Shown here piece after piece: positions 1-10,535 of a stretch of 64,000 bases of DNA (position 1 is its first letter; every line of letters begins with the position of its first letter). Under the pieces are notes generated by a model, which was given only the letters and a program-made list of their open reading frames with translations, made no database searches and was not told the DNA's origin. The stretch is taken from positions 67,827-131,826 of the forward strand of contig LCLX01000002.1 of NCBI GenBank assembly GCA_001002285.1. The letters run 5' to 3'. This DNA comes from Microgenomates group bacterium GW2011_GWC1_46_15. Lineage in GTDB: Bacteria > Patescibacteriota > Microgenomatia > UBA1400 > UBA12028. Both the position numbers and the translations under genes were made by a program.

Positions 1-558
1 CGTCCTGATATCAATAACGGGCGCGACTGTCCCCAAACCTTCCAAAAATCCATTGAGTTTCTCTGCCGTTCCAAGCGTACGCATCTCCAACTCAACACTT
101 TGTAATACGTCGTTTGTTTGCGATGTACTTTTACCCGTTGTTTGTTGATCCGCTGTAGCCGTTGGTTCTGCCTCTCGGCTGGAAATGGGGCCGGGGTTAA
201 TATCTAGACCGGAAAATACTACACCTTTATCGCTTGAGAGTTGCTCCAAAGCGGACAATAAAGTCAAAAATGGTTTCGATGTGGGCAAAATACGCGCAAC
301 GCGGACGTCTTGCTGTTTAAATCCTTCCTCTTGAAACGCGCGTAAAAAGTTTGCTTTGTTTTGCAGTTTTGTAAGAATATCGATTTTATCATCCAACACT
401 TGTTTCGCACTCATCATATCCTGTATGCGTGGAATGAGTACCGCAAACGTGAGTGTAAACATGACAACCCAAGAAAGCGCCGACGCAATAAGGTAACGCC
501 GCTCGCGCACGATCTGCATCAGCGATTTACTTGTCAAAAATGAGCCTTGTACGTCCAT
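1..558 (-). CDS. PilO-like type IV pilus alignment protein (partial, runs off window start)
   Basis: Translated by hand from ATG at 558: MDVQGSFLTSKSLMQIVRERRYLIASALSWVVMFTLTFAVLIPRIQ..., one N-terminal TM helix then coiled coil; lies downstream of pilM and pilN. Confidence 0.65.
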   Translation of the reverse strand, partial: MDVQGSFLTSKSLMQIVRERRYLIASALSWVVMFTLTFAVLIPRIQDMMSAKQVLDDKIDILTKLQNKANFLRAFQEEGFKQQDVRVARILPTSKPFLTLLSALEQLSSDKGVVFSGLDINPGPISSREAEPTATADQQTTGKSTSQTNDVLQSVELEMRTLGTAEKLNGFLEGLGTVAPVIDIRT

Positions 559-578
559 ACTTTCCTTCTATAACGCGT

Positions 579-1247
579 TTAATAAAAGCTCGCGAACGCG
601 AGCGATCCCGATATGACATACCGTCCATTTGGTTTTCTATCTAACGCATCAGCCTTCATTTCATATCCCTGCGCTGTAACATCTGAGGAGTACATTGCTT
701 TTAAAAGGGCAAGCACGTGGAACACGTCTGGCGTTTCTATCTGGAATACCAACGCACCTTTTTGCTCATCCACTTTTGCTTCAATCAGCACGTCTTCTTT
801 GGGCACGAATGAGTAAAAAAACGACGTTGTGCGCTGTTTGAGTTGGCGTTTTTGATCAAACGCGTACAGCAACTTAATTTTCCGCACAAAAATAACGTAC
901 TCTTTTTCAAACGCAGCCATCGAGCGCACATCGTTTGTGATTGCGGTCGTTCTTGCCTCAACGTTCTTTTGTTTTGACGTGAAGTAAAAAGAAATACCAA
1001 TCACGGTAAACAGAATAAAAAGGAACAAGCCAAATCCATACGAAGTGTACTTCGCAATAGTTTGATCTTTCTGTGTCACCGTACTCATGATGCGGCGCTG
1101 TGAACGCAAAAAGTTTACATCCATGTTCGTAGCGGGGTTTGTGGCAGGTTTTATAATAGGCGTTGCGGTGGGATTCGTATCTTGCGGTGATGCAGTAGGC
1201 AACGGGATCTGCTGTAGAGTTTTGGTTGGGGCAGGAGTTTCTGGCAT
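579..1247 (-). CDS. PilN-like pilus alignment protein
   Basis: P/T-rich N-terminus, VNFL motif (PilN INLL-like) before a single TM helix; abuts pilM. Confidence 0.65.
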   Translation of the reverse strand: MPETPAPTKTLQQIPLPTASPQDTNPTATPIIKPATNPATNMDVNFLRSQRRIMSTVTQKDQTIAKYTSYGFGLFLFILFTVIGISFYFTSKQKNVEARTTAITNDVRSMAAFEKEYVIFVRKIKLLYAFDQKRQLKQRTTSFFYSFVPKEDVLIEAKVDEQKGALVFQIETPDVFHVLALLKAMYSSDVTAQGYEMKADALDRKPNGRYVISGSLAFASFY

Positions 1248-2275
1248 TACGACATCCCTCCCGCTGCCAAACTTACCGCAATGCTGTACGACGGAATATC
1301 AAGTTCTGCAATTTTCATACCTTGCGCAAGCGGAACATACGCAAACGGATTTAGCAACGTTACTTCGGCCGGAATTGCTTGGGCAACGGTTGGGATAAGA
1401 TTAGAAAGACTCGCTGATCCACCGGCAAACATAATGCGCTTAATCACTGCCCCCTGGTGTGAACCAGCAAAGTACTGCATCGCTTTCTGTATTTCAACTA
1501 ATGATGCTTGAAATACAGGGGCAAGCGCCTGCGCGACTTTTCCTTCGAGCTGCGCGGGATCAAGTCCATAGGTTCGTTTGTATGACTCGGACTGCGCTGC
1601 GTCCAAACCAAGTGTCCGCTCCACCGCCCGGCTTAACACCGTGCCAGCGTTGGGTGAACTATATACAAAAGCAAGTTCTTTGTTGTGCACCGTTAACATA
1701 TCCATGGAAGATGCTCCAAAGAGCACAACAAGCGTTGTTGTGTTAACGGTATCCATCGACATAAGTCTGTAGAGCGCGAGCATCTGCGTTTCCATTGATG
1801 TCACTTCAAGTTGGGCATCCGCGTACATACTTGAAAATGCTGCAACCGTTTTTTTTGATGTTCCAAGCAACAACACGCGCATGAGTTCCGACACATGTTG
1901 TTTTGGCGGACGGTACAATACCTGGTACTCTAACTGCAAATCCTCGGCTGGAATTGGAATATACTGCTCGGCTTGCCATCCAATTGCCGATGCAAGTTCC
2001 GCATCAGAAAGAGAGGGAATACTGATAATTTTTGTTGAAACAAGTGACTCTGGCAGTCCAATTCTGATATTTTGTGATGGAAATTTATACTCTTTAAACA
2101 CCTGCTTCAGTGTTGAAATAAGCGCATCGCGATCCTTTTGCTGGGCAGGGATGACGGTTCCAACGGGGTTCGGCATACTTACCGCTTTCACCACCTGAAG
2201 GCTCGAACCAATATGCTGAACTTCCGCACACTTGATGGCGTATGTTCCAAGATCAACTCCGATTGCACTTTTCAT
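1247..2275 (-). CDS. pilM: Type IV pilus assembly protein PilM (actin-like)
   Basis: IGVDLGTYAIK, AEQYIP and FAGGSA motifs. Confidence 0.92.
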   Translation of the reverse strand: MKSAIGVDLGTYAIKCAEVQHIGSSLQVVKAVSMPNPVGTVIPAQQKDRDALISTLKQVFKEYKFPSQNIRIGLPESLVSTKIISIPSLSDAELASAIGWQAEQYIPIPAEDLQLEYQVLYRPPKQHVSELMRVLLLGTSKKTVAAFSSMYADAQLEVTSMETQMLALYRLMSMDTVNTTTLVVLFGASSMDMLTVHNKELAFVYSSPNAGTVLSRAVERTLGLDAAQSESYKRTYGLDPAQLEGKVAQALAPVFQASLVEIQKAMQYFAGSHQGAVIKRIMFAGGSASLSNLIPTVAQAIPAEVTLLNPFAYVPLAQGMKIAELDIPSYSIAVSLAAGGMS

Positions 2276-2314
2276 GGGCAGTTCCTTTTTTTACTCCACA
2301 CTTTTTTCCTCGTC

Positions 2315-3124
2315 CTACTTCACAATCGTTCCCCCTGAGTACAACACAAAATCTAAAACAGAGGGATTTGCTGGAATGGTCCGTGAAAGTTGAATTACCT
2401 TTGTTTCATTTCCCACCGTATTTCTTGCAGTTGATTGAATAGAGTAGTACTGCGTTGGAAGTGTCCATCCTCCGCCTTGTACGGCAATTGCGGCATCGTT
2501 ATACAGTGGATGAATGTTTACAATTTTATCGTTTGTTTGCAATGCCAGTGAAACGGTATATCCATTCGTTGCGTCACCACTGACGCCGGTTGTAGAAAAG
2601 CCGTCGGTGTACGAACACGCCGCATACCGCAGATTTCTTGCTGTTGTTGTCCCGCCATTGACGTTATACACACGGATTGCGAGAGAAGGAGCATTTTTCG
2701 ATTTATCCGAATCGGTACACCCCAATCCTTTTCCCCAAAGAATAGTAATTGAGTTTCCATTGACCGCGCCCGTCACATCAATCTGCGCGACACCTCCTTC
2801 ATCTACGCGTGTTTCCAGTGTGTCCTTTTTTTCGATGCTGTACGAAACATCAGACCCTTCAAGTGATAGTGTGTTGGAGTACGTCGTTTGACCACCGGGA
2901 AAAAGTGTTGAAAAATCCTGCGATAATGCGTCTTCAATACCACTTTCCGCAGCCTGGAACGTTCGGCCCCCTTCTTGTTCTTGGCGGGAAAGCGACACAT
3001 CCATAACCGTCCGGGAAGTAAGCGAAGCGCCAAGCGTAAGTCCCACCGTCATGATGAGAAGAACGATAAGCGCAACTTGTCCGCGTTGATGTTCAAACTT
3101 GTGTTCGCGTGTTTTTTGCATCAC
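2315..3124 (-). CDS. PilX/PilK-like minor pilin
   Basis: RG|QVALIVLLIM class III signal without Glu5; AAESGIE motif. Confidence 0.8.
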   Translation of the reverse strand: MMQKTREHKFEHQRGQVALIVLLIMTVGLTLGASLTSRTVMDVSLSRQEQEGGRTFQAAESGIEDALSQDFSTLFPGGQTTYSNTLSLEGSDVSYSIEKKDTLETRVDEGGVAQIDVTGAVNGNSITILWGKGLGCTDSDKSKNAPSLAIRVYNVNGGTTTARNLRYAACSYTDGFSTTGVSGDATNGYTVSLALQTNDKIVNIHPLYNDAAIAVQGGGWTLPTQYYSIQSTARNTVGNETKVIQLSRTIPANPSVLDFVLYSGGTIVK

Positions 3125-3204
3125 AAAACCTCGAGATATATAGCCGCAGATTCATTGTATCGGGAATTCAAACGCTTTGCAAAACACGCTTCCAATTTTT
3201 ACCG

Positions 3205-3702
3205 CTAGTAGCTCCTCAACCCTGCGCTTCCTGTAAAAACCTGTGTCACAACATCGCGCGCTTTGTCCACTGCGGGATCACCTTTGCGTAGGGTAAATGT
3301 TATTGAAACAAGTGAGACCTGCCCCGCGTCATCGTTTGTACACGTAAATGTTGGACCGCTGGTCACGGTAAGATCCTGGCTTGTGAGGTATACACCGCTA
3401 TTTGACGCAATTTTACTGTTCTCAACAAAAAACTGCGTTGTTTTGGTGTCACGGTTGCGTACAACGAGTGATGAAGCGGTACACGAATCAACGCCCGCGC
3501 CACTGCGGATCATTGTCAACATTTGTGAAAGCGCGTAGTCGCCCTGTTGTTTAACAATAATGCCAGAAGACGTTTTATCTTGTCCAACAAACAACGTAAA
3601 AAACAGGCCCGTAGCAGTGAGAAGGAGAAAACCAAAAATCGTAATCACTACAAGAAGTTCGATTAACGTAAATCCAGAACGCGTAAAAGAAGTAACCCGC
3701 AT
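3205..3702 (-). CDS. Minor pilin (PilW-like)
   Basis: SG|FTLIELLVVI prepilin motif. Confidence 0.85.
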   Translation of the reverse strand: MRVTSFTRSGFTLIELLVVITIFGFLLLTATGLFFTLFVGQDKTSSGIIVKQQGDYALSQMLTMIRSGAGVDSCTASSLVVRNRDTKTTQFFVENSKIASNSGVYLTSQDLTVTSGPTFTCTNDDAGQVSLVSITFTLRKGDPAVDKARDVVTQVFTGSAGLRSY

Positions 3703-3714
3703 ATTTTCAGCATC

Positions 3715-4197
3715 TCATTCCTGATCGGTGAGTACAAGCGTTGCTTGCACTTGGAATGTTTTCTCACCATCTTCCCAAGATGTTGTGGAAATTGCTGTTG
3801 CAGTTTGTGGAGCAGATGCGGAAAGCGTGATCTGTACAGAGCGTGTAAATATTGTGCCCGTGATAACCGTCGCACATGACGATGAGCTTAAATTTTCAAA
3901 CGCCGCGGTTGTTGCAGGAAGAGTATCTAAACAATACGTGGGCGCAACGGGATTATCCGCCTGTAAATCAGCAAAAAATGTTTCCCATCCTACTGTGTCC
4001 CGCATTTTGCGTAGCCACTCAAGCGACTCTTGTGTATATGCCGTAGCTTGATGCTGAGCTGTGCTGTATCGCTGATTGCGAACTACCATGACTGAACTTG
4101 CAACAATCGCCACCAACGCAATCGAGATCACCGCAATTGCGATAATAACCTCGATTAAGGTCGAGCCCCGCTTAGAATGATGTAATGCCTGTTTCAT
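3715..4197 (-). CDS. Minor pilin (PilV-like)
   Basis: Start moved to MKQALHHSKRG|STLIEVIIAI; prepilin motif. Confidence 0.85.
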   Translation of the reverse strand: MKQALHHSKRGSTLIEVIIAIAVISIALVAIVASSVMVVRNQRYSTAQHQATAYTQESLEWLRKMRDTVGWETFFADLQADNPVAPTYCLDTLPATTAAFENLSSSSCATVITGTIFTRSVQITLSASAPQTATAISTTSWEDGEKTFQVQATLVLTDQE

Positions 4198-4726
4198 AGA
4201 CAACTCCACTGGCGGAAACTGAAATTGTGTACCGGTATCCTCCAGATACGACATTGTTTTGTACCGCTACGTTTGTTCCTGCTGCAGCCGCACCCACAAC
4301 CCCACTCGACAGTACAGGGAACAAAAAATTAAATGATTGCTGAATGACCACGCCCATTGCCAATGTGATTGTTGAAACCGTTCCTGCATCCGCGCCATCA
4401 CACACAACACGCAAGTCATATGTGGAAGCGTTAGCGGTGCCAATCACTCTGTATCCATCCAATTGGGTGCATCCCGCGGTTGGTTTGTCCCCAACACGTG
4501 CCCGTGTTTGCGCAGTCCGCAGGGTTGATGCCAAAATTTTTCCATCCTGAATCACGATTTGGCGCGTGTTGTACTTGTTGTATCCTGCAATACTCCCACC
4601 AACAAGCAGGCTCATCACGGAGATTGCGATGAGCATCTCGATCAAAGTAAAACCGTTTGCGTTAGATAGTGCGCTCGATATTTTTTCAGATACGCGATGA
4701 AAGAAAGATAAAAGGGCAGGGGTCAT
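4172..4726 (-). CDS. Minor pilin (FimU/GspH-like)
   Basis: NG|FTLIEMLIAI; LRTAQTRA motif typical of FimT/FimU. Confidence 0.85.
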   Translation of the reverse strand: MTPALLSFFHRVSEKISSALSNANGFTLIEMLIAISVMSLLVGGSIAGYNKYNTRQIVIQDGKILASTLRTAQTRARVGDKPTAGCTQLDGYRVIGTANASTYDLRVVCDGADAGTVSTITLAMGVVIQQSFNFLFPVLSSGVVGAAAAGTNVAVQNNVVSGGYRYTISVSASGVVYETGITSF

Positions 4727-4729
4727 ACA

Positions 4730-5158
4730 TTATGGGTTATTTAAGCAGTACGATGCTGGTGTTCCAGTTCCTTCCAGTGTGGCACAAATCTGGTACGTTT
4801 TCCCGCTGTCAGACGTTGTGTACACATAGGTATACGGCGCCTGATTTTTTGGATCGGTCAAGGTGGGAGAACTCAAGTAGCCATTTGTGTTGAGTGTTGT
4901 GACGACCGCATCCCATGGGCTTGCCGAAGACGTGTAGTATGTCCCGCCAGATACTGCGCTGTCCGACCGGTAGAGTTCTAACGCCGAGCGCATCTGTTCG
5001 AGATCACCTTTGCGCTTGCCATCACGCGCGCGCCGGTTGGCCGAAGCGTAGCTCACCATGCCAACCGCTGCCAACACCGCCAAAATGGTTGCGGCAACGA
5101 GCAACTCAATCATGGTGAATCCAAGACGCGACATAAACGATGAATGTTTTTTTTGCAT
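4730..5158 (-). CDS. GspG-like pilin
   Basis: G|FTMIELL; ARDGKRKGDL..ALELY; DP motif. Confidence 0.88.
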   Translation of the reverse strand: MQKKHSSFMSRLGFTMIELLVAATILAVLAAVGMVSYASANRRARDGKRKGDLEQMRSALELYRSDSAVSGGTYYTSSASPWDAVVTTLNTNGYLSSPTLTDPKNQAPYTYVYTTSDSGKTYQICATLEGTGTPASYCLNNP

Positions 5159-5162
5159 ACTC

Positions 5163-5642
5163 TTACTGTTGATTCTTCACACAAAAATACGGGTACGCGC
5201 CATTTCCATCTGCCACGCCAAGCCCGCTACACGTTGCGTCTGCCGCAGTACCGCTGTTTCCTGTACCCGACTCCAACTTCGAACAAAAACAAAATGTTGC
5301 AGCATCACATGACGTTGTGTACACCTGGCCGCTTGACGTTGAGTTCTGTGGGTCTGTTGGCCACCCACCTGGTGCGTATGTGGTGATCGATGAAGATGAA
5401 CAATTGGGTGGGTATGCTGAGTTATTTACTGGATCCGCATAGTACTGCTCATATGCCGCTTGTATCGCGCGCATATCACCGCGCCGCCGGGCATCGCGGG
5501 CTTTTTTCTGCGCGGTACTATAACTCACCGCGCTCAAGCCAACCAAGATTGCAATAATAGAAATAACAACAAGCAGTTCAAGAAGAGAAAATCCTTTTTT
5601 TGACGCGTCCGTGAGTCTGCGTACCATGGAGAGTCTTTTCAT
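5163..5642 (-). CDS. GspG-like pilin
   Basis: KG|FSLLELL; ARDARRRGDM..AYEQY; PTDP; Cys pairs. Confidence 0.88.
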   Translation of the reverse strand: MKRLSMVRRLTDASKKGFSLLELLVVISIIAILVGLSAVSYSTAQKKARDARRRGDMRAIQAAYEQYYADPVNNSAYPPNCSSSSITTYAPGGWPTDPQNSTSSGQVYTTSCDAATFCFCSKLESGTGNSGTAADATCSGLGVADGNGAYPYFCVKNQQ

Positions 5643-5699
5643 GTTTTAAGTATGACTTGATCAACAATGGGTGTCAATAAAAATATGTGTACAGGCGCG

Positions 5700-6623
5700 T
5701 TACTGCACAATAACCGTTATTTGTGTTCCACGGGATGTGGGTGATGATATGCCGCGGTCGTCAGTTGCATTCAAGACAGCGCGGAATGTACACGAGCTCC
5801 CGGCACACGTATATTCATGTGTGAACGTTCCCTGGAGTTCTGCTGACGTCTCTTGTTTTCCATCACCAAAATCAATCTGGACTTCTCCAGGCTTGCCTGT
5901 AGAAAGACCGATCGCATAGGAAAAAGTTACAACGCGGGCGGACTGCGGGACAACAACCGTTTGCGTGGCTGGATCGGAGGGGGGATCGGTACGGAATGCG
6001 AGAACGGTCGGCCGGTCAGAACACTGGGCAAAACAGGAAGTTGGGCAGTCAATGGCACGCGTTCCGGGGCTGCTGCCGGAAGGTACTCCGGTAATGCTAT
6101 CGCAACATGTGTAGCCCCAACCAGAACACGAGGTGGCGGGGGATTGTGAAGTGAGTGCTGTCGAGGAAGAACTCGTTGTTTGGCGTGTGTACTCAACGGC
6201 AAATGTGTGTTTGCGTCCAAAAATATCGATCTGAAAATTTCCTTTATATGAAGTTTCTGTGGATAAAAACACACCAGAACTTCCCGGAACTTTGGTTGCA
6301 AACTGGGGAAGCGTGCGGGACCGAATCAGGAGGGGGTCGCGGTCGTGGAATGAACAAATTGCTTCTACGTTGTACGTTGTGCTATCAATAAACCGTAGTT
6401 GTATTCCCGCGAGTGAACTCGAACCAGTAACGTCAGTAAACTTTTGCAAACACTGCTCTCTATATGTGTTGCTTTCTTTCACGAGAAGCTTGATAAACGA
6501 AAGATCCTGCTCAACAGCAAACACCGTGTACACAAGTATGGCCTCACGGAACAAAAGAAAAAGCGCGATACTTCCGAGTACTGCACCGATAATATATTTG
6601 AAGAAAAGGACAAGTGTTCTCAT
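5700..6623 (-). CDS. Membrane-anchored Cys-rich protein with C-terminal PKD-like domain
   Basis: N-terminal TM; S/T linker; CSGWGYTCC..C...C...C; IDFGDG..FTHEY PKD signature. Confidence 0.65.
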   Translation of the reverse strand: MRTLVLFFKYIIGAVLGSIALFLLFREAILVYTVFAVEQDLSFIKLLVKESNTYREQCLQKFTDVTGSSSLAGIQLRFIDSTTYNVEAICSFHDRDPLLIRSRTLPQFATKVPGSSGVFLSTETSYKGNFQIDIFGRKHTFAVEYTRQTTSSSSTALTSQSPATSCSGWGYTCCDSITGVPSGSSPGTRAIDCPTSCFAQCSDRPTVLAFRTDPPSDPATQTVVVPQSARVVTFSYAIGLSTGKPGEVQIDFGDGKQETSAELQGTFTHEYTCAGSSCTFRAVLNATDDRGISSPTSRGTQITVIVQ

Positions 6624-6627
6624 TGTG

Positions 6628-7431
6628 TTACGTCAGTAAAGACACATACCATTGTACAATGTGGTCGCTGAATAACAACGCGAGTACACCGCCTAAAACA
6701 AGAAACGGACCGAATGGAATGGTTTGACCGAATTTTTTCTTTCCCCCAGCAATGAGGAGAAGACCGGTGACTGCGCCAAGAATATCCGCCAAAAACACCG
6801 CAACAAGAATGGCTGGCCACCCCACAATCAATCCAAGCGGAAGCACAAACTTCACATCACCAAGCCCCAGACCACGTTTTTTCGTGATCCACCATAAAAA
6901 GAGAAAAAACACCGTCATTGCCATAGCCGCGAGAAGTGAAAACAGCAAATCAATCGGACGCATGATGCTCATACCCGTAAGTGCCAATCGGTATGCAATT
7001 CCTAGCGCAGTCAAGCCATATACTGCGCCGTTTGGAATAATGCCGTAGAGAAAATCGGCAAAAAACACCACAAGAAAACCGATACCGACGAGGAGCCAGA
7101 AAGCGGGCTGAAGAATGGTGAACGGTTGAGTAGAGAGTTTGAACACCGCCGCGCCGATGACATACCACCACACGAATAACGCCCCCGTCATTCCTTCAAT
7201 AACAGGATAACTCCATGAAATTTGCTTCCCACAGTTCCGGCACCGTCCTCGTAACAGGAAAAATGAAATGAGCGGAATGTTGTCATACCACCGGATTGTT
7301 TTGCGGCACTTGGGGCATTTTGACCGGCCATAAATAAACGAGTCTCCATGAACCGACCGATCAATGATCACGCCAAGAAAACTTCCAATGATGAGTCCGA
7401 ATAAAAAAAGAAAGAGAGAGAACGAAAGCAT
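6628..7431 (-). CDS. pilD: Prepilin peptidase
   Basis: GSFLGV, RSKCPKC..WYDNIP..GRCRNC, GLGDVK and IPFGPFL motifs. Confidence 0.95.
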   Translation of the reverse strand: MLSFSLFLFLFGLIIGSFLGVIIDRSVHGDSFIYGRSKCPKCRKTIRWYDNIPLISFFLLRGRCRNCGKQISWSYPVIEGMTGALFVWWYVIGAAVFKLSTQPFTILQPAFWLLVGIGFLVVFFADFLYGIIPNGAVYGLTALGIAYRLALTGMSIMRPIDLLFSLLAAMAMTVFFLFLWWITKKRGLGLGDVKFVLPLGLIVGWPAILVAVFLADILGAVTGLLLIAGGKKKFGQTIPFGPFLVLGGVLALLFSDHIVQWYVSLLT

Positions 7432-7481
7432 ACCGCTAGTTTACCTGAAGATGACGCATATGACCAGTGTCGAGAAGAAAA

Positions 7482-8177
7482 TTACGGGAGACAGATGAGC
7501 TCGTTCTTTAATGCGCTCTGGGTGTAGGTTGCTGTACCAATTGTCCCTGTTCCCGGACATGCGGCAACTGCCACAGTGCTCGCCGCGCCGCCCCATCCTG
7601 TCACAATATTTGCATCCTTACACGCATTCACTGCTTCGGATTGAAACGCTTTTGCCGAAGGTTTGAAACATCCAAACATCGTTGCATCGGTGCCAATACC
7701 CTTGTACACATACACTGCATACGTTGTTTGTGCCTTCACTCTGTTTGTAAACGCTGCCTTAACTTCGGATGTCCCCGTCAAAGCATCCATCCACGCTCCG
7801 CCAGTCGAGTCGAGTTTACACATCCCTATGCCTGGAGCAGTTCCATTTGCTGTACACACTGACGTAAAACTCGCGTCCGTTGGAAACTCCGTCGCCGGAT
7901 CTGCTGTTGTGGTTGTAAACGTGCCACACGTTGCACCAGTTCCACACGCATACGTTGAATCATTCCACGGATATTTTTCTTGTGTCGCAAAAAAGCGATC
8001 CACCGCGTTAATTAGTTGCGCGGCGTCGGAACGTGTCCGCGTGTCACGGCCTTTGTTAATTTGTTCAATGGGGTTAATTGAGGAGAGGACCGCAACCGCA
8101 AGGACACCGATGACGGCAATTACAACAAGCAACTCGATCATCGTGAAACCGGCCTGGGCAAACAGTCTTTTCAACAT
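7482..8177 (-). CDS. Large type IV pilin (probable major pilin)
   Basis: MLKRLFAQAG|FTMIELLVVIAVIGVLA; INP motif; Cys-rich globular head; own -10 (TACAGT) 7 nt upstream. Confidence 0.88.
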   Translation of the reverse strand: MLKRLFAQAGFTMIELLVVIAVIGVLAVAVLSSINPIEQINKGRDTRTRSDAAQLINAVDRFFATQEKYPWNDSTYACGTGATCGTFTTTTADPATEFPTDASFTSVCTANGTAPGIGMCKLDSTGGAWMDALTGTSEVKAAFTNRVKAQTTYAVYVYKGIGTDATMFGCFKPSAKAFQSEAVNACKDANIVTGWGGAASTVAVAACPGTGTIGTATYTQSALKNELICLP

Positions 8178-8196
8178 ATAGTTTACTGTACACACC

Positions 8197-9399
8197 TTAG
8201 AACTGGCTTGTCAAGTTATAAATCGGCATCACGATTGCGATCATTAAAAAACCAACACCAATTCCAAGAAACACCATAATGAGTGGTTCAAGCGCGGTGG
8301 ATAAATTTTTGACTGCCTGCTCACTTTCAGTTTCAAAATAACTGGACACTTTTAACAACACTTCATCCAGTTTTCCCGTTTCCTCACCAACCGATGCCAT
8401 TTGACTCACAAGCGGAGGAAACAACTCGCGCCGTGATAGTGCTTCTGCGAACGACACACCTTTTTCCACATCGCCCGCAACATCTTTAAGCGCTAGCCGG
8501 TACATTGCATTGTCCAACGACTCTCCAACAATCTGTAACGTTGAAAGGAGAGAAACACCAGCGCCAAGCAATAATGAGACTGTACGCGTAAAATCGGCCA
8601 TCATCACTTTCACTTTGAGTGTTCCAAATACCGGAACTTTGAGAATCCACCCATCAATCATCTGCTCACCGTATGGCGTTTTTTTCCACCGCTTTAATCC
8701 ATATATTGTTCCGCCAATCGTCAATACCATGCCGTACCAATACTTTGTAAAAAAGTTCGACATCGAGATCAGCGCTTTTGTCACACCGGGAAGTTCTGCT
8801 CCAAAATCTTGATACATCGCGGTTAACTTTGGAATTACAAACACCATCATGACGATCGTAACCGCCACCATCGCCGTTATGACAATCACGGGGTACACAA
8901 GGGCACCCTTGGTTTTTGACGCGAACTCGCTCTGTTTTTCCAAGCTATCGGCAAGCCGTTTCAAAATTTGATCCAACACACCGGCCGCCTCACCAGACCG
9001 GACAAGCGCAATATATACTTTAGAAAAAAGGTTCGACTGTTTTTTAAGCGCATCAGCAAACGAAGAGCCTCCTTCAACGTCACGTCGCAACGCAGAAATC
9101 ACTTTTTGCATCACAAGACGGCTTTGCTGTTCCAGAATCGCAAACGCTTCTGTTAACGTGAGTCCCGCCGTCACCATGGTGGACAGTTGGCGGGTAAATC
9201 CCACAATATCTTTTGGCGTAACATGATCGAGCGCGGTTTGCAGGCTTTTAAACAACGCGCCCGAGGCTTCTTCAACGCTGATAATGAAAAATCCTTTTTC
9301 TTTGAGGAGCGCGGCGGCCTGCGCGCCATTTTGCGCCTCAACTTTTCCTTTTGCGGTTTCCCCTGATTGAAGTTTCACTTTATACGTGAATATTGGCAT
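8197..9399 (-). CDS. pilC: Type IV pilus platform protein PilC (GspF family)
   Basis: FTRQLSTMVTAG, GEAAGVLD, ALVYP, GEETGKL and LEP motifs. Confidence 0.95.
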   Translation of the reverse strand: MPIFTYKVKLQSGETAKGKVEAQNGAQAAALLKEKGFFIISVEEASGALFKSLQTALDHVTPKDIVGFTRQLSTMVTAGLTLTEAFAILEQQSRLVMQKVISALRRDVEGGSSFADALKKQSNLFSKVYIALVRSGEAAGVLDQILKRLADSLEKQSEFASKTKGALVYPVIVITAMVAVTIVMMVFVIPKLTAMYQDFGAELPGVTKALISMSNFFTKYWYGMVLTIGGTIYGLKRWKKTPYGEQMIDGWILKVPVFGTLKVKVMMADFTRTVSLLLGAGVSLLSTLQIVGESLDNAMYRLALKDVAGDVEKGVSFAEALSRRELFPPLVSQMASVGEETGKLDEVLLKVSSYFETESEQAVKNLSTALEPLIMVFLGIGVGFLMIAIVMPIYNLTSQF

Positions 9400-9427
9400 A
9401 AGAAAGTATCCCGCTGGTTTACCCGAT

Positions 9428-10501
9428 TTACTGGCCCACAGTCTTTCCTGTTCCCATAAACTTTGCGAGGTCGTCCTGCTTCATCGCGTACTCCTGCGCT
9501 TTTTCAAGTGTAATTTGGCCGGACTGCACAAGTTGTGCGAGGCTTGATTCAAGACTCATCATGCCAAACTCCAAGGAGGTTTGAATGACGTTATCAAGCT
9601 GGAATGCTTTGCCTTCGCGGATCAAGTTACGCACCGCCGATGTCGCGACCAGTATTTCTGTTGCGACAGACCGTCCTCCCTGCAAGTTAGGAAGAAGGCG
9701 CTGAGACACCACGGCTTGCAACGACATAGCAAGCTGGCTGCGGACCTGCGCCTGCTGTGTTGCCGGGAACACGTCAATAATACGGTCAATGGTTTGTGCT
9801 GCAGAGTTTGTGTGGAGCGTGGTAAACACTAAGTGGCCGGTTTCCGCCACCGTAAGCGTTGCCGCGATTGTTTCGTAGTCGCGCATCTCACCCACAAGCA
9901 CGACGTCGGGATCTTCGCGGAGCGCGGACTTGAGCGCAACTTCCCAACTGTGCGTATCCGCGTGGAGTTCGCGCTGAGATACCATGGACTTCGCGGGAGG
10001 ATACACAAACTCGATTGGATCTTCAATGGTTAAAATGTTTTCTGAGCGTGTTTGATTAATTTCATCAATCATCGCGGCCAATGTTGAGGATTTTCCGTGA
10101 CCCGTGGGACCCACGATGAGCACGAGCCCTTGCCGGAGCTTTGTGAGTTCGTGGCAAATGGCCGGTAAGTGTAACTCTTCAATCGTTTTGATTTTTGATG
10201 GAATAAGCCGGAGCGCGGCGGCCAATACGCCTCTTTGGTGGTACACGTTGATGCGGAAGCGACCTTCTTTGCCGTATTGGTACGACAAGTCCACTTCCAT
10301 GTTTACTTTGAGTTGCTCTTTTTGCTCGGGAGCGAGAAGGGGATCAATAAGATTCTGCATTTCCTCATTCGACAACGCGGGAAGCTGCGGAATCGCCATC
10401 AGCACTCCGTGCATGCGCAGCGTGGGCGGCATACTCGCAATCAAGTGCAAGTCCGATGCGCCTTGCTGAACAACATAGCCAAGAAGTGTTTGTATATCCA
10501 T
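9428..10501 (-). CDS. pilT: Retraction ATPase PilT
   Basis: GPTGHGKSST, EDPIE, LREDPD, AETGHLV and AVRNLIRE. Confidence 0.96.
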   Translation of the reverse strand: MDIQTLLGYVVQQGASDLHLIASMPPTLRMHGVLMAIPQLPALSNEEMQNLIDPLLAPEQKEQLKVNMEVDLSYQYGKEGRFRINVYHQRGVLAAALRLIPSKIKTIEELHLPAICHELTKLRQGLVLIVGPTGHGKSSTLAAMIDEINQTRSENILTIEDPIEFVYPPAKSMVSQRELHADTHSWEVALKSALREDPDVVLVGEMRDYETIAATLTVAETGHLVFTTLHTNSAAQTIDRIIDVFPATQQAQVRSQLAMSLQAVVSQRLLPNLQGGRSVATEILVATSAVRNLIREGKAFQLDNVIQTSLEFGMMSLESSLAQLVQSGQITLEKAQEYAMKQDDLAKFMGTGKTVGQ

Positions 10502-10535
10502 AATTTTCCTTTACAACGCAGACTTCCGTTACATT

